This document shows, piece after piece, positions 38,201 to 48,851 of a stretch of DNA of 64,000 bases. Location: positions 5,394,001-5,458,000 of the forward strand of contig JBITNC010000002.1 in NCBI GenBank assembly GCA_050084985.1. The letters run 5' to 3'. Position 1 is the stretch's first letter; every line of letters begins with the position of its first letter. Under the pieces are notes generated by a model. The model was not told the DNA's origin and ran no database searches. It saw nothing but the letters and a program-made list of their open reading frames with translations. The translations under genes were made by a program, and so were the position numbers. Source of the DNA: Nageia nagi (taxonomy: Eukaryota; Plantae; Pinophyta).

Positions 38201-39213
38201 ATCTATATGTACTCAATCAAGGAAAAGACGTGGTCATCATTCTCCTTTATGTGGATGATCTTCTCATAACAGGCAATAATATTGAAATCATCCAAGAGTA
38301 CATCTCCAAACTCAAGGCAACATTTGAAATGACTGATTTAGGTCTATTGCATTACTATCTTGGGATGCAAGTATACCAACACAAAGATTGTACTTATCTT
38401 AGTCAATCTAAGTATATCTCAGACATCTTGCAAAAGTTTGGAATGGAAGAGTGCAAATATGCTGCAATACCTGTTTCTCCTGGAATTGTTGTATCACTGA
38501 GCTCAGATTCTCAGTTGGCTGATGCTACAGCTTATAGACAATTGATTGGTAGTCTTCTGTATCTGACTATCTCTCGTCCTGATATTGCCTTTGCAGTGAA
38601 TCTCATGGCACGATTCATGCAAAAACCATATGTTGAACACCTCAATGCTGTTAAGCAAATCTTGAGGTATGTCGCAGGGACTAAGGATCTTGCTCTTAAG
38701 TATTCCAAAGTGCCCTCGATTGTTCTCTCAGGGTTCTCAGATTCTGATTATGGGGGAGATAGAGATGACAGAAAATCAACCTCTGCATATGTGTTTAGCA
38801 TTGGTTCAGGTGCTATCTCTTGGGCTTCCAAGAAGCAACCTACAGTGACTCTTTCTACCACCGAAGCCGAATATCGAGCCATGTCTGTTGCCACCCAAGA
38901 AGCTATTTGGCTAAGACATCTTCTGAACGAAATTGGGTATCAGCAAAATGGCCCATCTCTTATTTCGTCAGATAATCAATCGGCTATCTCTTTGGCTAAG
39001 AATCCTGTGTTCCATCAGCGAACCAAACATGTAGAAATCCAAGCTCATTTTATCAGGGAGAAGGTTCTAGATGACATCATACACTTGCAGTATTGTCCAT
39101 CTACTGAAAACTCCGCTGCTTTGTTCACCAAGCCCCTTCCTGAAGCTCAGTTTTGCAAGCTTAGGGATTCTCTAGGGTTGGTGAAGTTGCCCTCAAGGGG
39201 GAGTGAAGTTTAA
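35287..39213 (+). CDS. Copia gag-pol polyprotein (Gag, zinc knuckle, protease, integrase, RT, RNase H)
   Basis: First ATG at 35287 (MVETF). Motifs CNFCGIFGHKEYDC, WIVDTGCTNHM, HSDLMGP/RSDNGGEY/NGVAERKNR, YKARLVAKG, LYVDDLL and FSDSDY occur in copia domain order with no stops. Confidence 0.97.
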   Translation: MVETFVPKHILDGSNFGIWEPRMKAELQARKLWQTVSEDAVAPTDEKALEVYNSKNELATSMIYRAVSDDVLLMISSSTSAKEAWDRLKKIYLGSKFSRRFTILQKLLQYRQSEDESASIYLNKIIDLRTQLVGCGCNWINDEFMVFIILQSLTSKFSNFVTVMETRLDDEEDVISLDNLSRLLLKHEETLNKKMLNLSPKDHSIALGATKTPFKKKFKHYKFKDNKSSSTFRKYDKKGNNNNNHGNYRHRNDKAGSSNPTPQEKFDGNCNFCGIFGHKEYDCRKKKFAQKGKGNANMRNFNNKKKNKHAASVAYYSMTQTISNDWIVDTGCTNHMCYEKDKFENFHKYKKDAVVIGDNTVLDVHGIGSVKIHGKTLDNVFYVPKLRMNLISVIQITRKGCSFEFTSHSWCVKKGLATLMKGSVKNDLYIVDQVPSKICLATNVCSKGNLWHQRLGHLNHKSIQVMKTQELVEGLPNISPTVGLCERCILGKMHRQKFEKDKATRATCPLQLVHSDLMGPFQTKSLGGASYVLTFIDDFSRMTFGYLLEHKDQTFDRFQDFKALVEKQTDFKIKMLRSDNGGEYNSNEFNNFCVKHGIKRQFTIPYTPQQNGVAERKNRTIMEMARCMLGNLPSFLWGEAVHTAIHTLNRCPTKAVEGKTPYEAWTGKKPNLSHFRIFGCDAFTFITSEKRKKLDKRSEKCIFVGYDNQHRGYRLYSSSHKIVFVSRDVKFNELSEDTTSHAEVSDTDDSSPAPNWLDDHVEKSPQEQNSPAQRITRSMTLNKSLFAKIDNMHEPSTFKEASKQECWMEAMKVEYEALMKNETWDLVPYPNEKNMIGNKWIYKVKYNSDGNIEKYKARLVAKGFAQKYGIDYEETFAPVAKMPTVRIILALSAAQGWKAFQLDVKSAFLNGDLDVEIYMNQPEGFIPEGKETLVCKLKKSLYGLKQAPRAWYKKILGFFADIGFSKCFSDSDLYVLNQGKDVVIILLYVDDLLITGNNIEIIQEYISKLKATFEMTDLGLLHYYLGMQVYQHKDCTYLSQSKYISDILQKFGMEECKYAAIPVSPGIVVSLSSDSQLADATAYRQLIGSLLYLTISRPDIAFAVNLMARFMQKPYVEHLNAVKQILRYVAGTKDLALKYSKVPSIVLSGFSDSDYGGDRDDRKSTSAYVFSIGSGAISWASKKQPTVTLSTTEAEYRAMSVATQEAIWLRHLLNEIGYQQNGPSLISSDNQSAISLAKNPVFHQRTKHVEIQAHFIREKVLDDIIHLQYCPSTENSAALFTKPLPEAQFCKLRDSLGLVKLPSRGSEV

Positions 39214-39272
39214 ACTTTTGTTAGTGATGACAACTTCACCTCTAAGAGGCCTTTTTTGATTGTACATTCTAG

Positions 39273-39677
39273 ACCTCCGTGGTAAGTTTGCTCTGCGTGA
39301 CAAACTTGTTGTACAATTGTTGTTATAGAGTGTTGATTATTTGATACCTCAGTGGTAAGTTTGCTCTGCGTGAGAAACTTGTTGTACAAATTTTGAGCAT
39401 ATAATTAATATACCTCCGTGGTAAGTTCGCTCTGCGTGACGAACTTATTGTACATTCTATACCTCCGTGGTGAGTTTGCTCTGCGTGAGAAACTCGTTGT
39501 ACAATTTTTATGCTCTATACCTCCGTGGTGAGTTTGCTCTGCGTGAGAAACTCGTTGTACAATTTTTGAGCATATAATTTAATATACCTCCGTGGTAAGT
39601 TCGCTCTACGTGACGAACTTGTTGTACATTCTATACCTCCGTGGTGAGTTTGCTCTGCGTGAGAAACTCGTTGTACA
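39273..39677 (+). repeat. Array of seven 43-nt hairpin-containing repeats in the copia-1 3' UTR
   Basis: ACCTCCGTGGT(A/G)AGTT(T/C)GCTCTGCGTGA(C/G)(A/G)AACT(T/C)GTTGTACA at 39273, 39346, 39412, 39461, 39519, 39586 and 39635. Spacers are 30, 23, 6, 15, 24 and 6 nt. Confidence 0.95.
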
Positions 39678-40156
39678 ATTTTATGCTCTATTTTTAAAAA
39701 TCAACACATGTCTATATACAACAGGTGACTATGAGTAATGGCTTGGCATCTCTGTGATGGCTTATAGTGCACCATTGATCAGTTATTTATAAGATGGCAT
39801 TATTTGATTCTCTTATTTGAATATATGATGCATCTAACTGATTTTGTTCATGAGTTGCTTGTAGCATGCAGGATCTTCTTCAGAAATGCAGGTTACTCAC
39901 CTTGTGAAAGCAAGCTCATGGAGACTCACATGTCAGCTTAAAGTTGATCGACTACTATGTACAGTGAAACCAGTTGTGGTTAATGATTGTATTGTAAACC
40001 ATTTTCGTCAAATGGTAATGAAGTGAGTCTCATACTAGTTCTCAAAAAGATTCTCAAAATATGTAAAAGTTCTCATCTCCACTTGTATCTCTATGGAGGA
40101 GAACTCTCTCTTACTCTCTCTCTTCTCTCTTCTACGCTCTAACCCAATATTGCATT

Positions 40157-40165
40157 AAGGGGGAG
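40157..40165 (+). promoter_or_regulatory. Polypurine tract of copia-1
   Basis: AAGGGGGAG immediately before the TG of the 3' LTR. Confidence 0.95.
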
Positions 40166-40663
40166 TGTTAGAATTTGTAATGAAATATTGTAAATATCTA
40201 TACTCCTTGTAAATTCAATTAATCACTTAAGGGTATGTAGATACCTTAAATGATTAATAGAATTCTTTAATGTATAGACTTTGACTTTACCAAAGGAGTT
40301 AGTTGGTAGGTTGAAGTTTGGTGGTACATTTAATGTAACCCTAACCTTACCCTTGGGTTAAAGGAAGGTTAGGGAGGTGCTCTCAAGCTATAAATAGAGG
40401 GCCTCTCCTCATGTAAACATATCTAAGTTTTGAGTAAGATTACTCTACTTGGTTGTGTAGGAGAGAGCTAGAGAATAGTTGTAAGAGAGACATAGATTTG
40501 AGAATAAGAGAGCTAGTTGTGGATGTACTCCCAAGGAGGGAGGAACCACATTATATTGGTGTCATATTGTGTGAATGATGTTCTTAGAATTATAGATGTG
40601 TAATCTTGAGTTTCCTAGTCTAAGGTCCTAGAGGATTTGTTTAGTTATAGTTCAAATCCTTCA
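40166..40663 (+). repeat. copia-1 3' LTR
   Basis: 498-bp copy of 31811-32308, followed by TSD GTTTA. Confidence 0.97.
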
Positions 40664-41100
40664 GTTTATTTATTATTTCAAAATGATTTTGGTGCATGGT
40701 AAGGAAACACATACTTGGATCATAAGTGGAGCCTCCAAATCAACATGAACACATATTTTGATGAAAGAGAAAGAGTTGCATTCATAGGTTTAATTATAAG
40801 CACATAAGTATACCCCTATGGAGTTTCCTATGGCCTTGTATGCCTCCTCATTCTATAGTTTGATTACCAAGTCAATTAAGTGGACCCAAGTTGGAGCTTT
40901 TGTGTGGCTTCTTTGCCTAGTTTGAAGCTAGGATGCCATGGCTTCATAAATAAGCTAGCTCTCCCAAGGAACCACAAGCTACCTTAGAACATAACATCCT
41001 TATCAGGAGGTTGTGTAATTTCAATTATGAATTTTTTTCATCAAATCCTAATTATTATATAGTTGAATTCATAAAATTTTCTTTTTTCATAAGAATTATA
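40664..41100 (-). mobile_element. Upstream part of the L1 ORF1 split off by copia-1
   Basis: ICVHVDLEAPL (~40760-40728) is the motif that precedes the ORF1 zinc knuckle, which lies on the other side of the insertion. Confidence 0.65.
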
Positions 41101-41149
41101 CCTAACAAACCCTAATCTATAACTATTGAGAAGACAATAAATTTTATCT

Positions 41150-43615
41150 AATAATTTAAGTATCTAAATGTATTGTTAATTTGAATCTTTGTAAGAGATT
41201 AAAAAATTATCAAATATATAAGACCATATAAAGTAAGGTATAAATATCTTTATGGTAGGCCACTTTGAGGGTGCTCCCTCTTTTAGAGTAAATATTTCAA
41301 TATTGTATTAATCCTCATCATGCATTCCCCTTCACAAGGTATTACTTGTTATGAGCCTAATCCTTATTATGTAATACATTCATACTGATAATTTCAAAAT
41401 TGAATTTATCTTCTTTATTTATTTCTAAAACGTATTTCTCCATATTTTATTTACTTTAACATGGTAGGAGTCCTTAGTTATCCTTAATATGTTGCGACAA
41501 ATCCATATTCAAGGATCTTCTTAAGTTTGGTAATGATAATTTGTTTTTCTTTTACATTTCAATCCTTTTTCTCCATCCCTTCAAACTAATTTTCTATCTT
41601 TCTCAAAATTCACTATAATTTATTCCAATTTCATGAACCATGAATAATAAAGGAGTTGATTGACGAAAGCAATTATTAGAATAAGTGTTAACCCATTTAT
41701 TTTATAAACATGGTTATTCCATCTATAATGTAAGGTTTGAATTTATTAATCATCTTATACTATTTATTTATTTAAATAAATAGATAAAAAGAATAATATT
41801 AATGTGCCTTTGAATTTATTTGTACCATTATATTTTATTTTCCATTTGAAGGGTAATAATTTTCTCATACAATAATGTATTCTTATGTCATTTTCAATGT
41901 TGGAAAGAAGCGAGAGAGAGGTCCATATTGGTGATATAAAACTTAACTTTTGTGAGTTTTGAATTTTTACCTTTATAATGATTTGTAAATTCCATTTTGG
42001 ATCACACCTTCCTATTGAGGGAGCTTTTGGTCCCACAAAAGCTTATCCATAATTGAGGTGAGAGGTAGGTTCTCTCATCATCTTTAACCACCAATTTTTT
42101 CATCTTCTACAATATAGAGATCAAAATGACTTTATGGATATATCCTAAAAATTTAGATCACCAAAAAGAGATTTATATTTTTTATGCACAAGAGGATTAT
42201 TGTAATAAATTGGTGACATCTTGATCATTTGCATCATGGAGTATTTTTCTATCCAACTAATCAATGCACAAATAGTTGCACAGAGAAAGAGTAGGATTTT
42301 ACCTCCTTGAGATACTTCGTTTGTATCAAAGTCCTCTGATTGTGAACATGAGCAACAAGAAAAGTTTTTATTTTATTTAATGGTAATTATTGATTTTTAT
42401 CGATCTTCTTCTTAACTATGTCTAATAGGAGTGGTGTGTTGTTTTATTTTTATAAGAATTTGCTATGAATTCTCTTCCATCTTTGATGAGAAGGCATTGA
42501 TTCTTCTCTTTGTAGAGGATCATTTTAGGATCAAATAAGAAAGGAATTCCATGAATCCCAAGTTGCACTATATCAATAAATAACTTCATCTATGGGAATT
42601 AGCGCTTTGGATAACTTCAACTTTAGGAACTCAAAATTTACTTAACATTTTTACGATCAATAAAATTAGTGATTTTTATTTATCCAATCATCAATTGTAA
42701 CTACAAGAGTTGCATGGTTCTTTATGAAATTTCTATAATATCTTATGGATTATAGCTATTTATAACTGTATTTGAAGGTGGGATATTCAATGGATTGCCA
42801 CTTTCTAGATGCAACATCAATCCTTCTTTGCATGTAGTATGACCCAAAAGTACACCATATATTATGGAGAATAGATATTTCTTTAGTTCAATATAATTTG
42901 TAGTCATCTACATCTTTTGAATATTAATCTTAGTGCATGGATATGGTTCTTTAGCATACCAAATATAGTCTAATCATCAAGATAGACCATAAGAAAATCA
43001 CCAATGAACTAAATGCATTCACCATAATGGGAAAAACAATGTAGGGGCATTCTTTAACCCAAATGGTATCACATTATACATATAGGATCTCCACTCTATA
43101 GTGAATTTCATTTTTGGATGATCCTTTTATGCAGATTCACATTTCTATAATTTTTGTGTGTTGAATCACCATGAGACTAATCCAATTTATTTTATTCATT
43201 GACAAGATAATACTTATGTTAAGCATTTTATAAATTCCATCTTTAACTTTAATTTTAATATTGGGATTTAGATGATAAGGTTTTTGTTTCCTAGGTTTTC
43301 ATTTTGATTTAAGTTGAATATGCATGACTTTTGTCTCATTCTTCATTCCTTTAATTCCATTATATCCTTAGTGTATAAATCCAATTTGTGTTATGTTGAA
43401 TTATCACGGGATTAATACAATTTGTGTTATATTTTAACAAGATAAAACTTGTGTTAAACATTTTATAATTTGCCTCTTTAACTTTGAGTTTAATATTAGG
43501 ATAGAGACGATAAGGTTTTTGTTTCCTAGGTTTTCATTTTGATTTAAGTCGAATATGCATGAATTTTGTCTCATTCTTCATTCCTTTAATTATATTATAT
43601 CCTTAGGGTATAAAT
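41150..43615 (-). mobile_element. Old degraded Ty3/gypsy element (RT to 3' LTR junction), host of the copia-2 insertion
   Basis: YNVIPFGLKNAPT (~43080-43042), FLMVYLDD (~42998-42975), and a PPT+TG junction at 41320. A gag-like segment EWYVVQELRRGTNDWDELQNIFVKTFTF resumes beyond copia-2 at 52771-52959. Confidence 0.7.
43200..43615. repeat. Diverged direct duplication with period ~235 bp
   Basis: GATAAGGTTTTTGTTTCCTAGGTTTTCATTTTGATTTAAGT at 43274 and 43509. Similarity runs up to the copia-2 insertion site. Confidence 0.85.
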
Positions 43616-44105
43616 TGAAGGATTTGAACTAGATCTAAACAAATCCTCTAGGACCTTAGACTAGGAAACTCAAGTGTACACAAGATAACACAATCACTCA
43701 AGATAACACATCAATATAATGTGGTTCCTCCCTCCTTGGGAGTACATCCACAACTAGTTCTCTTATTCTCAAATCTATGTCTCTCTTACAACTATTCTCT
43801 AGCTCTCTCCTACACAACCAAGTAGAGTAATCTTACTCCAAAACTTAGATATGTTTACAAGAGGAGAGGCCCTCTATTTATAGCTTGAGAGCACCTCCCT
43901 AACCTTCCTTTAACCCAAGGGTAAGGTTAGGGTTACATTAAATGTATCACCAAACTTCAACCTACCAACTAACCACTTTGGTAAAGTCAAAGTCTACATA
44001 TTAAAGAATTCTATTAATCTCTTAAGGTATCTACATACCCTTAAGTGATTAATTGAATTTACAAGGAGTATAGATATTCACAATATTTCATTACAAATTC
44101 TAACA
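43616..44105 (-). repeat. copia-2 3' LTR
   Basis: TG..CA termini, adjacent to the PPT and the TSD. Confidence 0.97.
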
Positions 44106-44591
44106 CTCCCCCTTAATGCAATATTGGGATAGAGCGTAGAAGAGAGAAGAGAGAGAGTAAGAGAGAGTTCTCCTCCATAGAGATACAAGTGGAGATGAGA
44201 ACTTTTACATATTTGAGAATCTTTTTGAGAACTAGTATGAGACTCACTACATTACCATTTGACAAAAAATGGTTTACAATACAATCATTAACCACAACTG
44301 GTTTCACTGTACATAGTAGTCGATCAACTTTAAGCTGACATGTGAGTCTCCATGAGCTTGCTTTCACAAGGTGAGTAACCTGCATTTCTAAAGAAGATCC
44401 TGCATGCTACAAGCAACTCATGAACAAAATCAGTTAGATGCATCATATATTCAAATAAGAGAATCAAATAATGCCATCTTATAAATAACTGATCAATGGT
44501 GCACTATAAGCCATCACAGAGATGCCAAGCCATCACTCATAGTCACCTGTTGTATATAGATATGTGTTGATTTTAAATAGAGCATAAAAAT

Positions 44592-44871
44592 TGTACAACG
44601 AGTTTCTCACGCAGAGCAAACTCACCATGGAGGTATAGAATGTACAACAAGTTCCTCACGCAGAGCGAACTTACCACGGAGGTATATTAATTATATGCTC
44701 AAAATTTGTACAACAAGTTTCTCACGTAGAGTAAACTCACCACGGAGGTATAAAATGTACAACAAGTTTGTCACGCAGAGCAAACTTACCACTGAGGTAT
44801 CAAATAATCAACACTCTATAACAACAATTGTACAACAAGTTTGTCACGCAGAGCAAACTTACCACGGAGGT
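44592..44871 (-). repeat. Array of five 43-nt hairpin repeats in the copia-2 3' UTR
   Basis: Units at 44592, 44641, 44707, 44756 and 44829. They are reverse complements of the copia-1 unit. Confidence 0.95.
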
Positions 44872-44930
44872 CTAGAATGTACAATCAAAAAAGGCCTCGT
44901 AGAGGTGAAGTTGTCATCACTAATAAAAGT

Positions 44931-47900
44931 TTAAACTTCACTCCCCCTTGAGGGCAACTTCACCAACCCGAGAGAATCCATAAGCTTGCAGAACTGAGCT
45001 TCAGGAAGGGGCTTGGTGAACAAATCAGCGGAGTTTTCAGTAGATGGACAATACTGCAAGTGTATGATGTCATCTAGAACCTTCTCCCTGATAAAATGGG
45101 CTTGGATTTCGACATGTTTGGTTCGCTGATGGAACACAGGATTCTTAGCCAAAGAGATAGCCGATTGACTGTCTGACAAAATAAGAGATGGGCCATTTTG
45201 CTTATACCCAATTTCGTTCAGAAGATGTCGTAGCCAAATAGCTTCTTGGGCGGCAACAGACATGGCTCGATATTCAGCTTCAGTGGTAGAAAGAGTCACA
45301 GTAGGTTGCTTCTTGGAAGCCCAAGAGATAGCACCTGAACCAATGCTAAACATATATGCAGAGGTTGATTTTCTGTCATCTCTATCTCCCCCATAATCAG
45401 AATCTGAGAACCCTAAGAGAACAATCGAGGGCACTTTGGAATACTTAAGAGCAAGATCCTTTGTCCCTGCGACATACCTCAAGATTTGCTTAACAGCATT
45501 GAGGTGTTCAACATATGGTTTTTGCATGAATCGTGCCATCAGATTCATTGCAAAGGCAATATCAGGACGAGAGATAGTCAGATACAGAAGACTACCAATC
45601 AATTGTCTATAAGCTGTAGCATCAGCCAACTGAGAATCTGAGCTCAGTGATACAACGATTCCAGGAGAAACAGGTATTGTAGCATATTTACACTCCTCCA
45701 TTCCAAACTTTTGCAAGATGTCTGATATATACTTAGATTGACTAAGATAAGTACAATCTTTGTGTTGGTATACTTGCATCCCAAGATAGTAATGCAATAG
45801 ACCTAGATCAGTCATTTCAAATGTTGCCTTGAGTTTGGAGATGCACTCTTGGATGATTTCAATATTATTGTCTGTTATGAGAAGATCATCCACATAAAGG
45901 AGAATTATGACCACGTCATTTCCTTGATTGAGTACATATAGATCTGAATCTGAGAAGCACTTGGAAAAACCAATATCTGCAAAGAATCCTGAAATTTTCT
46001 TGTACCATGCTCTAGGTGCTTGCTTAAGTCCATACAAAGACTTCTTTAGTTTGCACACAAGAGACTCTTTTCCTTCTGGAATAAATCCTTCTGGTTGATT
46101 CATGTAGATTTCAACATCTGAATCACCATTGAGAAATGCACTTTTGACATCAAGTTGAAAAGCTTTCCATCCTTGAGCTGCAGAAAGAGCAAGAATTATT
46201 CTGACAGTAGGCATCTTGGCCACAGGAGCAAAGGTTTCTTCATAATCAATACCATATTTTTGAGCGAATCCTTTGGCCACTAATCTTGCCTTGTATTTTT
46301 CAATTTTTCCATCAGAATTGTACTTGACCTTGTATATCCATTTATTGCCAATCACATTTTTCTCATTGGGATAAGGAACCAAATCCCAAGTTTCATTTTT
46401 CATGAGAGCCTCATATTCAACTTTCATAGCTTCCATCCAACACTCTTGCTTGGAAGCGTCTTTGAAGGTTGATGGCTCATGCATATTATCAATTTTGGCA
46501 AATAAGGATTTATTCAAGGTCATACTTCTTGTAATTCTCTGTGCTGGAGAATTTTGCTCTTGTGGTGACTTCTCTACATGATCATCCAACCAGTTAGGTA
46601 CAGGCAAAGAATCATCTGTATCAGACACCTCAGCATGAGAGGTCGTATCCTCAGAAAGTTCATTGAACTTGACATCCCTAGAAATAAAGACTATTTTATG
46701 GGATGAAGAGTAGAGCTTGTAACCTCTATGCTGATTATCATACCCCACAAAGATGCATTTTTCTGATCGTTTATCTAGCTTCTTTCTTTTCTCTGAGGTA
46801 ATGAAGGCAAATGCATCACAACCGAAGACCCTGAAGTGTGAGAGGTTAGGTTTCTTTCCTGTCCATGCTTCATATGGAGTTTTACCTTCAACTACCTTAG
46901 TAGGACACCTATTTAGGGTGTGAATAGCAGTGTGAACAGCTTCGCCCCATAAGAAACTAGGAAGGTTACCCAACATGCATCTTACCATTTCCATAATGGT
47001 GCGATTCTTCCTTTCAGCAACTCCATTTTGCTGAGGGGTGTAAGGGATTGTGAATTATCGCTTAATCCCATGTTTAACACAATAGTTGTTAAACTCATTA
47101 CTATTATATTCACCCCCATTATCAGATCTCAACATCTTGATCTTAAAATCAGTTTGATTTTCAACAAGTGCCTTGAAGTCTCTAAACCTGTCAAAAGTTT
47201 GATCCTTGTGCTCAAGTAGATAACCAAATGTCATCCTACTGAAGTCATCAATGAAGGTCAGAACATAAGAAGCTCCCCCTAGGGACTTAGTCTGAAAAGG
47301 ACCCATCAAATCTGAATGCACAAGCTGAAGAGGACAAGTAGCCCGAGTTGCCTTATCTTTTTCAAACTTTTGCCTATGCATCTTTCCTAGAATGCACCTT
47401 TCACAAAGACCAATTGTGGGTGAAATATTAGGTAAACCTTCCACAAGTTCTTGAGTTTTCATAGCTTGAATACTCTTGTGGTTAAGGTGTCCTAATCGTT
47501 GATGCCAAAGATTACCTTTTGAACAAACATTTGCAGCAAGACAAATCTTTGAAGGTACTTGATCCACAATATAAAGGTCATTCTTTACTGATCCTTTCAA
47601 CAAGGTGGCAAGTCCTTTCTTAACACACCAGGAGTGTGAGGTAAACTCAAATGAGCATCCTTTCCTTGTAATCTGAATTACGGAGATGAGATTCATCCTT
47701 AGTTTAGGCACATAAAAGACATTATCAAGAGTCTTTCCATGAATCTTCACACTCCCTATTCCGTGAACATCAAAGACTGTATTATCACCTATCACAACTG
47801 CATCCTTTTTGTACTTATGAAAGTTTTCAAACTTATCCTTTTCATAACACATGTGATTAGTGCATCCTGAATCAATAATCCAATCTTTTGAAATAGTTTG

Positions 47901-48851
47901 AGTCATTGAGTAGTAGGCAACATTAGCAGTATGCTTGTTCTTCTTTCTATTATTGAAAGTTCTCACATTTGCATTTCCCTTACCTTTTTGAGCAAATTTC
48001 TTTTTGCGACAATCATACTCTTTGTGCCCAAAGATACCACAAAAGTTACAATTTCCATCAAACTTTTCCTGAGGTGTTGGATTGCTTGATCCAGCTTTGT
48101 CATTCCTGTGCCTGTAGTTGCCATGATTGTTGTTGCCCTTTTTGTCATACTTCCTGAAGGTAGATGAGGACTTGTTATCTTTGAATTTGTAATGTTTGAA
48201 CTTTTTCTTGAAAGGAGTTTTGGTTGCTCCTAGAGCAATGCTAGTGTCCTTTGGAGAAAGGTTCAACATTTTCTTGTTCAAAGTTTCCTCATGTTTCAGA
48301 AGGAGTCTAGAAAGATTATCAAGTGAGATGACATCTTCTTCATCATCGAGCCTTGTTTCCATAACCGTGACAAAGTTGCTGAACTTTGTAGTAAGGCTTT
48401 GAAGAATGATGAAGACCATGAACTCATCATTGATCCAGTTGCATCCACAACCAACCAGTTGTGTCCTGAGGTCAATGATTTTGTTTAAGTAGATGGAGGC
48501 ACTTTCATCTTCACTTTGTTGATACTGCAACAACTTTTGTAGAATGGTAAACCTCCTTGAAAATTTGGACCCAAGGTAAATTTTCTTTAACCTATCCCAA
48601 GCTTCCTTTGCTGAAGTTGATGAAGAAATCATGAGAAGGACATCATCTGAAACTGCACGGTAAATCATGGAAGTTGCTAACTCATTTTTTGAGTTGTATA
48701 CTTCAAGAGCCTTCTCATCGGTAGGAGCAACCACGTCTTCACTAACTGTCTGCCATAGTTTCCTTGCTTGTAACTCGACTTTCATACGAGGTTCCCATAT
48801 TCCAAAGTTGGAACCATTGAGTATGTGCTTGGGAACGAAGGTTTCAACCAT
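44931..48851 (-). pseudogene. copia-2 gag-pol with a single in-frame nonsense codon in integrase
   Basis: Collinear with the copia-1 ORF. CAA>TAA at 47057-47055 (KHGIKR*FTIPY) splits it into the 626-aa and 687-aa ORFs of the track. Confidence 0.95.

Larger units (their letters stand above)
31811..40663 (+). mobile_element. Full-length Ty1/copia LTR retrotransposon (copia-1), 8853 bp
   Basis: Two 498-bp TG..CA LTRs, TSD GTTTA (31806-31810 and 40664-40668), PBS, PPT and an uninterrupted gag-pol ORF. Confidence 0.98.
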
